A stretch of 63,182 nucleotides of DNA, counting the filler, from Neoconidiobolus thromboides FSU 785 (lineage: Eukaryota; Fungi; Entomophthoromycota), in assembly GCA_025603075.1 (NCBI GenBank). It is 7 parts of 7 records of this genome, joined end to end, with 100 filler letters (N's around TTAATTAATTAA, not from the genome) between each part and the next. Parts side by side here need not be neighbours in the genome. Positions count along the whole stretch, not along the records: positions 23,494 to 47,110 come from MU626524.1; 6 more parts are not named here. The stretch is one strand, 5' to 3'. The first letter of the stretch is position 1, and the number at the start of each line of letters is the position of its first letter. The notes beneath the pieces are model-generated. The model worked only from the letters and a program-made list of their open reading frames with translations. It searched no databases and had not been told where the DNA came from. A program made the translations under genes and the position numbers. Positions 24,982-37,589 of this stretch are shown here, piece by piece.

Positions 24982-27393
24982 AATATTATTTTTACTCTAA
25001 TACTTTACAGGTATGATTCAAAGGTCGTAAAAATTAGTATACTAGCTAAATTAAAAAAATGCAATGATCATCCTTTTTTGATTAATTTTGCAACAAGAAT
25101 ATTATAATAAAAAATGGAATTTTATAGACCAAAAGCAGTCCTCATAATAGTAATTAGCACTGCTGTTTAATCCTAAAAATCAGTTTTTAGCTTTTTGAAA
25201 GTTTATATGCTGGTTAATCGGCTAAACAGCATTTTCGGGCTTCTATTCAAAACTTGATTGGGATTTATTTTAATACTATCCCTCAATTTTTAAATTGGAA
25301 TTTATTTACTATATTTGTTATACACCTATTCTTTATTATTTTTAGTTGTTTGCTTAAATAATTTATAGCTTATTTAATAAATTAATAATCCAGGTAAATA
25401 TCATAAATACAATATGGCTTATATTTAAATAATGCCTAAATTATTTTTTCAATGATGTTGTTTGAATGCTAATAAGATTTGCTTTGAATAAGAATATTAA
25501 AGAATATACAGAAGTATTATTCTGCAAACTTCATAGCGTATTTTTCCATTTGCAAATTCTTATATATAGCTTTAAGTAATAGTTATTCCCTAATTATAGA
25601 AGTTGTTTAATAGTTCTTTTAACAGGTTTTTAGTTTATTTTCATTATTACTTTCGTTTCCATTAATTTATAGATTTATATAGATTATTTTGTTGTTTATG
25701 ACTAATATGCCTATAGCAATTCTTTTATATATTTATCAAAGATTTAAATATTTGACTTAGAGAAATAGTATTGGTATTTAATTAGACTGCCTTTTTGTTC
25801 ATTTTTTAGTATACTAGCATTGTCTGTCTTATGGTTTGGATGTATCTAAGTGTAAAAACTATTTGAGTTGCTAGTGGCTTTAGAACGCTGATAGCTTTTA
25901 TAGCAAAATAGTAAAATTTATTATTAGGCAAAATCTGATTTATATTACGTTTCCACTATTTTATTTAAAGTTCAATTTATAACTTTCAATACTTTGTTAT
26001 TATGGTTGTAGATAAAAAAGATTAAATCAAATCACAAAGTATATACCTTTTAATTATATTGACTGTTTTAAAACTCAAAAATTAAAACAAGGTTATAAAC
26101 AGTTGCTTCTTTATAAGGTTGACTTACGAGGGTTTTAGCCGAAAATGTACATATTTCTTATATCCTGGAAAAACAAATAAGCAAGAGAAATAAGAACCGG
26201 GTAATTAAATTGTTTAAAAGAATCGGCTTCTATGTTGACCCTATTTCAACCTAGGCATATGTTCCTGAATGTAAATATTTTCTGTATAACCAACTTATTC
26301 TTTCCTCCTTCAGGTTCAGACAGACTAAGAAGGGATACGATATCCTTGTGCAAGACGCACTTAGACCTAGTATTACTTATTATAATGACCAACTAGCTTT
26401 ATCTATAGCAGAATTCCTTTGTTATCAAATCACCAAATAAATACTACTATAGGCACATGGTTTCTAAAAAAAACATTCAAAGACATCCAAAAACAGCTAT
26501 TTTAAAACTTTATATCTATTTAAATACCATAATAAACAATAAAGAGATTTGGATCAAATAACGCCAATTTGATATTTAAATCACTTTAACCTATAAATAT
26601 CGCTGATTTTATATTATAATCAGATAATAGAATTTCAATAACAGTAATAAGTATACGCTATTTGAATCCACATTTATTAAAGTAATAGTACAAATGCCAC
26701 CATCACACTTTCTATCTATTTAGATTTTCCTTGTTTGGCTTTTATTTTATTTTAAAGAATAATTAATATACAATTCATAAAATAGTAGTTCAAATGGCAT
26801 TTAAATTCTAGAACGATATTCATTTAATTTAAAATCTTACAATTTAAGGTAGGTCAAGTTCTGTTTTAATGTTTTAATATATTATTGTAAAAAGTTTTTT
26901 TTAACTGTCTGAGAAAAGTACTAAATTTAGTTATTTAGCTAAGTAACTTGGCATATTATTAATCAAGTATAATCTAAATAATAAATTAAGCCAATAAGAA
27001 GTCGTTTGTATTTACAAATTATGATATATTATTAATTATATTAACAAAGATAAAATTATTTGAATAATCAGTAATATAGAATACAATTATTAATATAATA
27101 CTATAAATCTATTAGACATACCAACATTTTAAATATTATAAGAAATTTTATTATATATCTGAAGTAAATTAGTTAAATTTATACTATTAATTTAAATGCA
27201 TTTAAGATGTAAATTTCCCTTGAAAAGATTATCTTCCAAAATTAAGTTTAGAAATAAAGTAATCATTTGTAAGTATTTCATCAGGCTTTGTTCATTTTAA
27301 TGTAGAAAGGCTAATTTATGGATTCAATTTACCCAATAAAATTTACACTATAAAAGAAGATTGATAATCTTTTTTTCAGTTTTAACTTTAATT

Positions 27394-28173
27394 ATGTATT
27401 ATAATACCACTCAAACTGCTGGTTATTGGGGAGATATCACATCTTCTGTAGATTGGTGTGAACCAAATTATGTGCACTCCCCTTATGTGGCTGAAACATT
27501 TAACACTTTATCATCATTAGCTATGGTACTAATCGGAGAACTAGGAGCAAGGATGAATCATTCAACACATTGGAAACAAAAGTGTACATTTCATATGATA
27601 ACTGTAATCGGTATAGGAAGTATCTTATTTCATATGACCTTGAAGTATTACACACAAATGTTAGATGAACTTCCAATGGTATGGACCTCTTCCATGATGT
27701 TCAATTTGACTATAGAAACTAGATTTCAAAACTGCCCAAGTTGGGTATCGATGCTTATTTTTCTATATGCTGTTTCTTCTACACTAATTACTTCGATCTT
27801 CCAAGGCGATCTACAAGTTATATTATTTCGTGTCTGTTTTGCAATAACTACATATACTTGTGTAGTTTTAGGATTTCAAAAGTTTCTAGAAACTGAAAGG
27901 AACACAGAAGCTGGTATTGTTTTTCAACGAGGGTTCTGGTTATTTTTAAGCGCCTTTTCATTATGGGTGTTTGAAAACAGTGCTTGCTCTAGCTTTTTAG
28001 GCAATGGAATTTATCCAACTTTCCATGGCCTTTGGCATATTCTTGTATCACTTGGAATATATCATCTGATTGTCTACTCAAATTATCTACATCAAAATCG
28101 CTTTAAAATGGTTCCAAGTAAAATTGAGTTTTACTACTGCGTACCATTTTTGGTCAAAATATTAAATTATTAA
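27394..28173 (+). CDS. Alkaline ceramidase-like protein (CREST family), paralog 1; ATG at 27394
   Basis: YWGDITSSVDWCEPNY, AETFNTLS, GIGSILFHMTL, QMLDELPM and FHGLWH motifs; intronless, 7TM-like hydrophobicity. Confidence 0.92.
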   Translation: MYYNTTQTAGYWGDITSSVDWCEPNYVHSPYVAETFNTLSSLAMVLIGELGARMNHSTHWKQKCTFHMITVIGIGSILFHMTLKYYTQMLDELPMVWTSSMMFNLTIETRFQNCPSWVSMLIFLYAVSSTLITSIFQGDLQVILFRVCFAITTYTCVVLGFQKFLETERNTEAGIVFQRGFWLFLSAFSLWVFENSACSSFLGNGIYPTFHGLWHILVSLGIYHLIVYSNYLHQNRFKMVPSKIEFYYCVPFLVKILNY

Positions 28174-30094
28174 TAGTGACTGAGTATTTCTATAATTCCA
28201 AGATAGAAAGTAAGCCAATAATTGTACAATATTCTATACATTATCTCACTTTTAAATATTACATTAATAAATCATATTTTTCACATCTTATGTCGATATT
28301 TTATCTTAGTATTCCAGTAACTGACCCAAAGTTTTGTCTACATTTTTATGAAAATTAATATGAGTTGCCACATTCATGGTTATTTATTTAAGCATAAACT
28401 TGTTTACAGATGTTTTATTATTATTATTATTATTGAACTAATTTTGAATTTACTAAAAATGAGAAAATTTGTTTTATCATATCCCTGAAATGATGAATTG
28501 GTTTAATTTTCAATGATTGGAACCATTATAAAGTAGTATTATTTAACAATGTTAATTCTATTCTAGCATTTCAAAGCTGGAAATTGATTGGTTATCTTTT
28601 GAAATTTTAAAGCTAATAACATTGCTTTGAGGCTTTTAAGCTTAGTGTCAAATTGGGCTTAAATCATTTTTTACTGACGTATTTAGTTGTAAAATTTTGA
28701 AAAAATATTTGTGTACTTTAATATAGAGCATATCGATATTAGAATGTATATAAATACTCTTCAAGTTGAACAATAGAAACAGTTTTTCAGAAACTTTATA
28801 TATTGGTGTCATGAGCAAATAAAAGTCTGTATAGTTTCAACTACATTGAAAAACCTTAAACTCTACATACTTAAATTGAATTTTTAATAAATGGTAAAAA
28901 CTAAGCTATCCTTTATCAGATAATCTTATTTAGGTTTGTTCTACTGATAATAGTCTGCTATAATTATTACTTCATTTTAAAACAAAAGATATTCTATGTT
29001 ACAAATCTCAATATATCCATTTGAATTTTTTTAACTTTTTAAATCTTGAAGAGTCAATAGAGTTCAAAGGGACTTTGTTGCTGCAAGAAAAAAAGTCTAA
29101 AGGAGAAAAGGGAGGAGATAGAAGTAGGGGGCGGTTTACAGCTAATATAGCTTTATTAAAATCCAACTAATGGCTTATTTGAGAAAGAATTTTGCTAAAA
29201 TCAGGCCAAAAGCTACATACTAGGCCTTAAAAAGCCAACCAAACCACTGATCCTAAAAATCACGCAAATTAGGTCGTAATAGAGTTACGGCAGTCATGAC
29301 TATAGTTTACATTTTAGGGATCAACACTAACAGAGAACAACTATTTATTCATTTTCTTTTTAATTTCTTACTTGTTAAGCATACAAAATAAGAGGTATAA
29401 GGGTATATTTTGTTTCATTTTTCGTGTAACAAAAATTGAGCGATTTTTGATAAAATTCTTAAAAGGCCACCACCATCCATCCCCTGCATAAAATTTATGT
29501 AACAATCGTCTCAAGAAAACTAACTTTTAATTTATTTAATTTACTAACCATATGTAAATATCATGATTAATAGTCTAGAATTCATTATACCGTAATAATG
29601 CTTTATATAAGTATCATTATATATGCTTAACAATTAATTTGGAAAATATTTTTTTTGATGGCTAGACTAGTCGTTATGAAAATAATGTTTAAATTAAATT
29701 TTTAAAACAATAATGCTATAGTAAACTCAAAAATCGGAAATTTGACATTTAGTAATAATAATCAAGTAATTATAATAAATTTGACAAATATGGGAAATTC
29801 CTGTAGTGTTATTAGTAAAGTTAGATTATTTAAATCATCGCTGATTTACTCTAAATACTTTATATCAACCTTGTTACTTTTAAATTAAACCATAATCAAA
29901 CTTGATGCAAATATCGGAAAAGGGACATTGAAATCACTCATTTCGTGGCGAAATGTACACAAAAGATACCTTAAAGAGATAAAAAATAACTATATAGCCT
30001 TGAATGACTATAATATCATTCTGCTAAAGTAAATAAAGTAAGTAAAGTAAAAAGCATTGTTTTCAAAGACATTCTAATGCTTCGGTTACTATAT

Positions 30095-30192
30095 GGGAAT
30101 CTTTTTTTGGCTTTATTACTTTTTCCATCTTTTAAGCACTACTTGAGTGGAAAAATTGTTAGTAAAATTCTTAAATACAAAAATACATCCCC
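30095..30192 (-). mobile_element. GGGGATG MITE
   Basis: ATAT/ATAT flanks. Confidence 0.8.
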
Positions 30193-30942
30193 ATATGATA
30201 TATTGCTATATAGACTCATTACCAAAGCCTTAAAGAAGTTTAAAATTAAATTTCCTCAAAAAAGTTACCATTTAAGCTTAAACCATCCTTCATTTATGTA
30301 ACAAAGCAAAATAAAATTCAGATGTGAATGCTATGAGTTATTTCTGAAGAAGTTACTCTATTCTCTTAAAACAGAATATGACTAATAAAGGGATCAATTC
30401 AACCTGCAATTGTGCTTCAGGCTCAAATGGATTGAGTAATAAATCTGACTTATACTCTTCTGTCGGCCTTTTTATGCAAAATATTAAATGATATGAGTGC
30501 TCATTTAAATAATTTCAACACCTTCATGTATCTTCATAGCAATATTATTGATATAGATTTATATTTAATTAGCCATTTTTATTTTACTAACAAAAAAGAT
30601 ATAGCTATTTTTCATGTAGACATGATATTAAATTTTTAAAGGATAGTTGAATCATACCAATAAGTTACCACTTTTAGTCATATTTATACTGACTTTATGC
30701 CATTTGCCACCATTAAATTTATACTATCTACTACCAGTCTATATTATATGTGTAGAGAATTTACCTAATCAAATAGTTGCTCTGTCAAGCATACCAACTT
30801 GACTTGTAGTAATTACTATTATATTTTTATGAATACATTATGCTCTTTTTTTCCCTTGTTACATTTTCTAGCGTTTTATCAAAAGCCTTAGAATATTATA
30901 GATCATTGAGTACAATACTTTGATTCTTTTTCTTTAAAATAT

Positions 30943-31040
30943 GGGGATGTTTTTTTGACTTCATTACTTTTTCCATTTTTTAAGCGCTATTTAAGTGGAA
31001 AATTTGTTAGTAAAATTCTTAAATATAAAAACACATTCCC
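30943..31040 (-). mobile_element. GGGGATG MITE
   Basis: ATAT/ATAT flanks. Confidence 0.8.
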
Positions 31041-31241
31041 ATATGATGCTTTTTTAAATCAGTAGTGTATATTTAATTAATTAGTTAAATCTTAAATTAT
31101 TGTTTATAGTTTTTTACCTTTATACTATTTTGACCCTACTTAATCAGATATCACTCTTGCGATCACTACCAATTTATATGTGATTTCAAATTAAATATTA
31201 CAACTTATTTACACAAGAAACATCAGAACTAATATAAATAT

Positions 31242-31339
31242 GGGGATGTATTTTCTTGTTTGAGGGTTTTATTAATAATCTTTCCGTTCAAATAAAGCTT
31301 AAAAAATGGAAAAATAATGAAATCAAAAAAATCATCCTC
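31242..31339 (+). mobile_element. GGGGATG MITE
   Basis: ATAT/ATAT flanks. Confidence 0.8.
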
Positions 31340-31933
31340 ATATGTTTATATTCATTTGATTCAGTCTCCGGCTAATTTGAAAGTAACAAACTGTATAAGA
31401 AAGCTGTTAAAATTAATATTTCAATAGAAGACTACAATACGTTTGCAAGTTAACAAAGCAGCATTTCTGGAAATTTTACAAGAGCAAATCAAAACATTTA
31501 TCATAAAATAAATTAAAACATCCCCCCTTTATCATATTTTCTTTCGAAGCGTTATTTTGGCTTATCCATCAATGTCCACAGTCTCTAAACACCAAATCCT
31601 CCCCACCAGTTCATAAAACTTGTAAAGAAACTTTACGTTTTATAGCTTGACCCACTTGATGATCCGATTTGCCCTTTAACTTCAGCCCTCTCTTCATTTA
31701 ATTGGAAGCCCTTTATAGACCAAAAACAAAATGGATACTACTTGAATTTTTTGATTCTTCTAAAGTAAAAATTTGTTGAACATTGTTCTTGCTTTATCAG
31801 GTGGCCTCTTAAATGGATCAGTTCATTAAGCTCCACTGGCTTAGCTATTTCATAATTTCTATTTTGGTTTATGAAATACAAGATTATCGCATTACAAGTG
31901 AAAAAAATAAGGTAAAAATTCAAAAAATCAAAT

Positions 31934-32031
31934 GGGAATGTTTTTTTTGACTTCACTATTTTTTCCATTTTTAAGCGCTATTTAAGCGGAAAATTTGTTA
32001 GTAAAATCCTTAAACACAAAAATACATCCCC
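31934..32031 (-). mobile_element. GGGGATG MITE
   Basis: AAAT/AAAT flanks. Confidence 0.8.
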
Positions 32032-32614
32032 AAATGGTAATGTTTTCAAGGTCATTAAAACTAAAGCTACAAGAGTTCTAGATAGCGTTCTGGCTATAAT
32101 CCATCTTTATATCTCAATCTTAGAAATCAAAATATCAATAATATTCTCAGAAAATGAATGAACTAGTCAATCACAAACTGTCAATAAAAGGATATAAGAA
32201 GATTAAAAAGAGGAGGACAAAACAAGGCAGATAGTATTTTTACTTTCAGATTCTTATAAATAGGTAAAAGGTGATTTATAAAGTAATCTGACCTTTTGGG
32301 CTAAAATTAATTTTAAAGTTGTTGATTACAATAGCAAATATTTTTTGTCCAGAAATAAAATAATCTCCATTAAAAAAGTAAACCTTAACAGTCCTTTACC
32401 TTTAGCAAAACGGATTTACCTAAGAAACCAGATTACTTTATAAATTACTTTATAATTCATAATTTATATAGTCATTTGTTATAACAATCAGACCACATAA
32501 AAAGCATTTGAAGTGATTAATTAACACTAATGTTAACAAATTTTTATGACTTAACTTTAACAACATATTTAAAATAATGTGATGTGAATAACTCACTTAT
32601 AATTAATATCAAAT

Positions 32615-32710
32615 GGAGCTATGCTTTTGTTTAAGAATTTTACTAACAACCTTTCCACTTAAATAGCGCTTAAAAAATGGAAAGATAATGAAACCAAAAA
32701 AAACAGTCCC
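32615..32710 (+). mobile_element. GGGGATG MITE
   Basis: AAAT/AAAT flanks. Confidence 0.8.
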
Positions 32711-32834
32711 AAATGTTGTTTTATAACTTTTCTTTTTAGGTAAACTCACAGTTTTCAAATAATAAAAATGGTAAATACAAAAGATACTAATGAGCAAAGG
32801 CTAAATTATTTATAATTTAATTTAATAGTAGAAG

Positions 32835-34367
32835 TTAGACTAAAGGCTTAAATACAACATTAGGCATAGGGATTTTAAAATCCCCAGTATAAAATGGCAT
32901 CTTTTCATTATCTTTAGTTTCGATCCTATATTTTTGTAATAATGTACAAACAAGAGAAGTAATTTCTTGAACAGCAAAAAATCTACCTGGACAAGCATGT
33001 TTCCCCATACCAAAATTTAAAAAATCTTGAGTTACCCTGGTAGCTTTTACTTTTGGTTTTACAAATTGAAATGGATTATATTGTAATTCAAGTGGTAGTG
33101 AATTGTCTCTAGTTTTCGAATTAATCTCTTTAGATCCATAAACTTCAGGATTAAAATGGATATTCGGTAAATCAAGTGCCATTATAGTACCCTTTGGTAT
33201 CTTCATACCATTAGGCAAAACTCTATCCACCTCTGTATATCTCCAAGCTTCTAAATGATTGGCGCGGTGACGTAAAGTCTCTCTTATAGTTGAATTTAAA
33301 TACTCAAACTGATCAATCTCTTGTTTGGTTAATAATGGGCTTCCAGTTTCATCCTTTTCAGCTGTTTCTATTATCTTTTTCTGTTCTTCCCTTAAAATTT
33401 TAAAATATTCTGGAAAAGCTAATAGATCAGAAATTAAACAAGTAGCATTTCTTGTGGTAGTAGAAATCGATGCAAATCCAAGTACCATAATCGCTTGAGC
33501 AATTTGATTGATGGTGTATCCCTTATCACTTAAAGCATCAACAACCCCACCAGCTTCTAATTCTTCACCATTTTTAATTCTTTTCCTTCGACTTTCAATA
33601 TACTTTTCAATCCTATCATAAATAAATTTTCTTTCTTTAACTGAAGGATTATCCTTTTTAATCATATATCTGACAATTGAACTTCCAAAGAAAGGTATCA
33701 AATGCCACATCACTCCTTTTCTTAAAGTAGCATCAATTTTATTAGCATAATCCCTCAACAACTCTATCAGCTCATTATCTTTTTCTAACTCTGGTCCAAG
33801 TAAAAGAACCGCAACTGAGTTTGCTATCACTTTAGAAACAAAAAATTCCAAATCAACTCCTTCTTTTCCAGTACCTTCTCCAATTTCTTTCTGTATAACT
33901 TGATTCATTTTTTTCAAAACTTTAGGTAATGTTGTTTTTAACAATGGGTTAATAATTTCTTTAACAATAACAATAGCATTTAAACTAACTTTTGGTTTTC
34001 CAGAAGAATCTATAGCTTCCCCAATTAATTCCGATACAAAAAAAAATTGATCCCTACCTTTAGAAGTATCCATATCTATAGCTTTAGTTAAATGTTGCAT
34101 AGCTGCAGGACTAAATACGGTTACTTTTTTCCCTAAGAAATGGATGCTAAAAATATCTCCATACCGTTGTCGGCATTGAGATAAAAATTCACGTGGCTGA
34201 GCTTTTAGCTGCAAAGTGTGACCAAGAATTGGTATGTATGGCACCATTGGTGGTTCATCCGTTGGATAATAATGTACGTAAATAATATAGGTGAGATAGA
34301 ATAGAAGGGAATAGATAAATAATTTATCTAGGGATAGATGCAAAATAGTTAATATATCGGATAGCAT
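32835..34367 (-). CDS. Cytochrome P450, intronless
   Basis: N-terminal TM anchor plus PPMVP, I-helix GFASISTT, ETLR and heme motif FGMGKHACPGRFFA. Confidence 0.93.
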   Translation of the reverse strand: MLSDILTILHLSLDKLFIYSLLFYLTYIIYVHYYPTDEPPMVPYIPILGHTLQLKAQPREFLSQCRQRYGDIFSIHFLGKKVTVFSPAAMQHLTKAIDMDTSKGRDQFFFVSELIGEAIDSSGKPKVSLNAIVIVKEIINPLLKTTLPKVLKKMNQVIQKEIGEGTGKEGVDLEFFVSKVIANSVAVLLLGPELEKDNELIELLRDYANKIDATLRKGVMWHLIPFFGSSIVRYMIKKDNPSVKERKFIYDRIEKYIESRRKRIKNGEELEAGGVVDALSDKGYTINQIAQAIMVLGFASISTTTRNATCLISDLLAFPEYFKILREEQKKIIETAEKDETGSPLLTKQEIDQFEYLNSTIRETLRHRANHLEAWRYTEVDRVLPNGMKIPKGTIMALDLPNIHFNPEVYGSKEINSKTRDNSLPLELQYNPFQFVKPKVKATRVTQDFLNFGMGKHACPGRFFAVQEITSLVCTLLQKYRIETKDNEKMPFYTGDFKIPMPNVVFKPLV

Positions 34368-35053
34368 TATTATAAAATTATAATTATTTAAGGTAGGAAT
34401 TTATGAGTTTATATAGTATTTTAATTACTTGCTTTATTTACATTATTGTATTTAAATTTTGTTTATTACAATAATAATTATACATAATTTAATCAAATAA
34501 TGAGGTTTTTATTTGCATTGAGACAATTTCAATCCAAATGTGCTATTGGCTAAAATAATTTTAGTTCTTTTTTAAACTCATAATTAACATTAAAGTTTCA
34601 AAAGCATTCATTTCATTGTGTGTGAGTATACCAACTTTTAAATAATGACATACTTTTATCTAGGTATTTATTTAATGTTTATAATGATTGCAGACAAAAA
34701 ACAGGCATTATCTTCATTTTACTTTACCTTTGTTTAGATTCTAATTTATTTCAATTATTATAAGTAACAAGTCACCCCAACTGTATCAAATCTTATAAAA
34801 AACTTTTTTAGCCCAATTTTAAAGTAAACTATATAACAAGTAATTCTAATGTCATAATATTAAAGCGTTGAGTTAAAATGTAATTATTACTTTTCTATTG
34901 TGATAACAATGACTTTCAAAAATATTTTTTATAAAATTATCTTTAGTTTCAAAAATGAACTTTATAGCACACTTTCACAAACGTTTTGTACAATGATTTA
35001 TTGCATTATATGAACAATTGAAACGAATTTTTCAACAAAGTATAACACTATAT

Positions 35054-35449
35054 GGGGGTGTTTTTTTGTGTTTAAGAATTTTACTAACAACCTTTCTACT
35101 CAAATAGCGCTTAAGAAATGGAAAAATAATGAAATCAAAAAAAACATCCCCATATGGGGATGTATTTTTGTATTTAAGAATTTTACTAACAATTTTTCCA
35201 CGCAAATAGCGCTTAAAAGATGGAAAAAGTAATGAAGCCAAAAAAAACATCCCCATATGCTGTTAAAAAAGTAAATTTAATTTTATTAAAAGTTAGTTTT
35301 ATTTTAAACAAATACTTAGCGCTTAAAAATGGAAAAAGTAGTGAAGTCAAAAAACACTCCCAAATATTGACACACTTTGACCTTTTTACAAATTTCCATT
35401 TAAGTGGAAAAGTTGTTAATAAAATTCTTAGGCACAAAAATACATTTCC
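35054..35449. mobile_element. MITE cluster: two direct tandem copies (35054-35151, 35156-35254) plus half-copies at about 35310-35361 and 35395-35449
   Basis: The tandem copies share a single ATAT. Confidence 0.85.
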
Positions 35450-36646
35450 ATATTAATAAATTATCAACTATCAAAAATATCAAATGTTTGGACTCCTTTA
35501 ATCCATATTGCGCCAAGTAATCTAATTATAACTATAATCTATAAATTTTTTAAAAGAAATTAATTATCAATTTATCAACAATCATTAAGTTGCCAATATC
35601 GAAAGCATGTAGCTTCAATAAAAAATATCTTATTCGAAAAGAATAGGATCATTGAAGAATCCTTCTAAGTATTCAATAAGCTTCCAACAACAATAGATTT
35701 GCCCAAAATAACTTGGAAATTTGGTCAAATTCTTGGTAGAATTTAACTATTATTTTGAATACAGATATGACTTGAAAGCATATTTGATTTTAATTCCTAA
35801 TTTTTAATTTTTTAGAACACTTCAAAGGATCCAAAGGCCTTACTTATTTATTCCTAAAGATACCTTAAATAATGATTAATTAATAGAGACACCAAGAGAA
35901 AATAGATTTGTTTTTGGTGGTGTAAAGTTTTCTATGGTAAAATGGTAAAATCAAAAAATAGCAAATTTAATTATTGGGAAGTGTAAAAAAATTCAACATA
36001 AATTTGAAAACGAATTTCAAATTGTAATTTTAGTCAACTCTGAATAGTCTTGAATTAAAGCAAAGAAGAACTAATTATACTTTATAATTATTAACTGATA
36101 CTTCTACCATCATCATCATCTTTCAAATAAATTAATAGCTTAATAAACTATAAACCTAATATTCTTTTTAACTAAATTCACTGATTTATGATGTCATCTC
36201 TAGCCAATTATTACTACTACTTTTAAGCTTAGGATAAACTAAAACTTAAAATATGTTTTGCCATGGATGAAAGTTAAAACATCTTTAGCAATTGATAAAT
36301 ATAAATAATGTTATATAAAAGTAAGCAGGAGTTGGATGTATGTTTTTGTTACACAACTTAATATAAGGTTAACGAAAATATAATAAATCATAGTAATAAA
36401 ATGATTTGTATTAATTTATTAAGTTTATTTAATAAGTAAACGAGATTTTTAATAAGGCTCATATTAAATAACCATGTAATTCTAAATTTGGAAGTTAAAC
36501 GTAACTAAAAAACTCAAACAAGAAGTTCAAGTTTAGAATTTTATTAAATCAATTAATCATTAAATGATTAGAAATCAACTATTGAAAAGTATAAAAAGGA
36601 AAAAACTCACCTTCACTTATTTAATCTTCACTTTCAAAAGTTAGAC

Positions 36647-37441
36647 ATGTTTTTAAACACAACCTCTTCTGCTCCAGGCTATTGGGGTGAAATCACTTCC
36701 TCTGTTGATTGGTGTGAACCAAATTATGTTCATTCTCCATATGTAGCTGAAACCCTCAATACTCTTTCTTCTTTAGCCATGGTGATTATAGGCGAAATGG
36801 GAGCACGTATTAACCATAGTACACATTGGAAACAAAAATTCAGTTTTCATATGATAACAATAATAGGAATCGGAAGTATCTTATTTCATATGAGTCTAAA
36901 ATATTATACTCAAATGTTAGATGAATTACCTATGTTATGGACTTCCGCTTTAATGTTTAATTTAACTTTAGATACTCGATTACAAAATTGTCCTAGTTGG
37001 GTATCTTTATTGATATTTTTTTATTCTTTGTCAGCAACGGTAATTACAGCTGTGTTTCAAGGGGAATTACAAGCTAATCTTTTTAGATTGTGTTTTGTTA
37101 TTACTACTTATATATCAATCTTTATGGGGTTTCAACACTATTTAAAAAACGAAAGACAATCAAATGCTGGTAAATTATTTAAAAGAGGGTTTTTGTTTTA
37201 TTTTATTGCTTCTTGTGTTTGGATTATTGATACTAAAGCTTGTAATTGGTATATTCAAAACTTAGGTTATCCAGCTTTTCATGCTTTATGGCATGTGTTT
37301 GTTTCTTTAGGAATTTATCATTTGATTATTTATTCTAATTATTTACATCAAAATAGATTTAAATTTATTCCTAGTAAAATTGTATTTTATTATGGTTTAC
37401 CATTCTTAGTTAAAAGTAGTAAGGAGGAGTTAAAGATATAA
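36647..37441 (+). CDS. Alkaline ceramidase-like protein (CREST family), paralog 2
   Basis: DWCEPNY, GIGSILFHMSL, DELPM and FHALWH motifs; clearly homologous to 27394-28173. Confidence 0.92.
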   Translation: MFLNTTSSAPGYWGEITSSVDWCEPNYVHSPYVAETLNTLSSLAMVIIGEMGARINHSTHWKQKFSFHMITIIGIGSILFHMSLKYYTQMLDELPMLWTSALMFNLTLDTRLQNCPSWVSLLIFFYSLSATVITAVFQGELQANLFRLCFVITTYISIFMGFQHYLKNERQSNAGKLFKRGFLFYFIASCVWIIDTKACNWYIQNLGYPAFHALWHVFVSLGIYHLIIYSNYLHQNRFKFIPSKIVFYYGLPFLVKSSKEELKI

Positions 37442-37589
37442 CTGAAGTTTAAGAGTAATGTTTAATTCAAATTAATATATTTTATTATGTTATATTAATA
37501 TAATCTCAGTCATCACATCATATCATTTTATCAAAGTTTACGAATAAACAAAAGTATATAAACTATCAATATTTTAATATAATTTCATT

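Noticed and set aside
29095-29135. Purine-rich tract resembling a retroelement PPT
   Set aside because: No adjacent TG...CA LTR or pol remnants were recognised.
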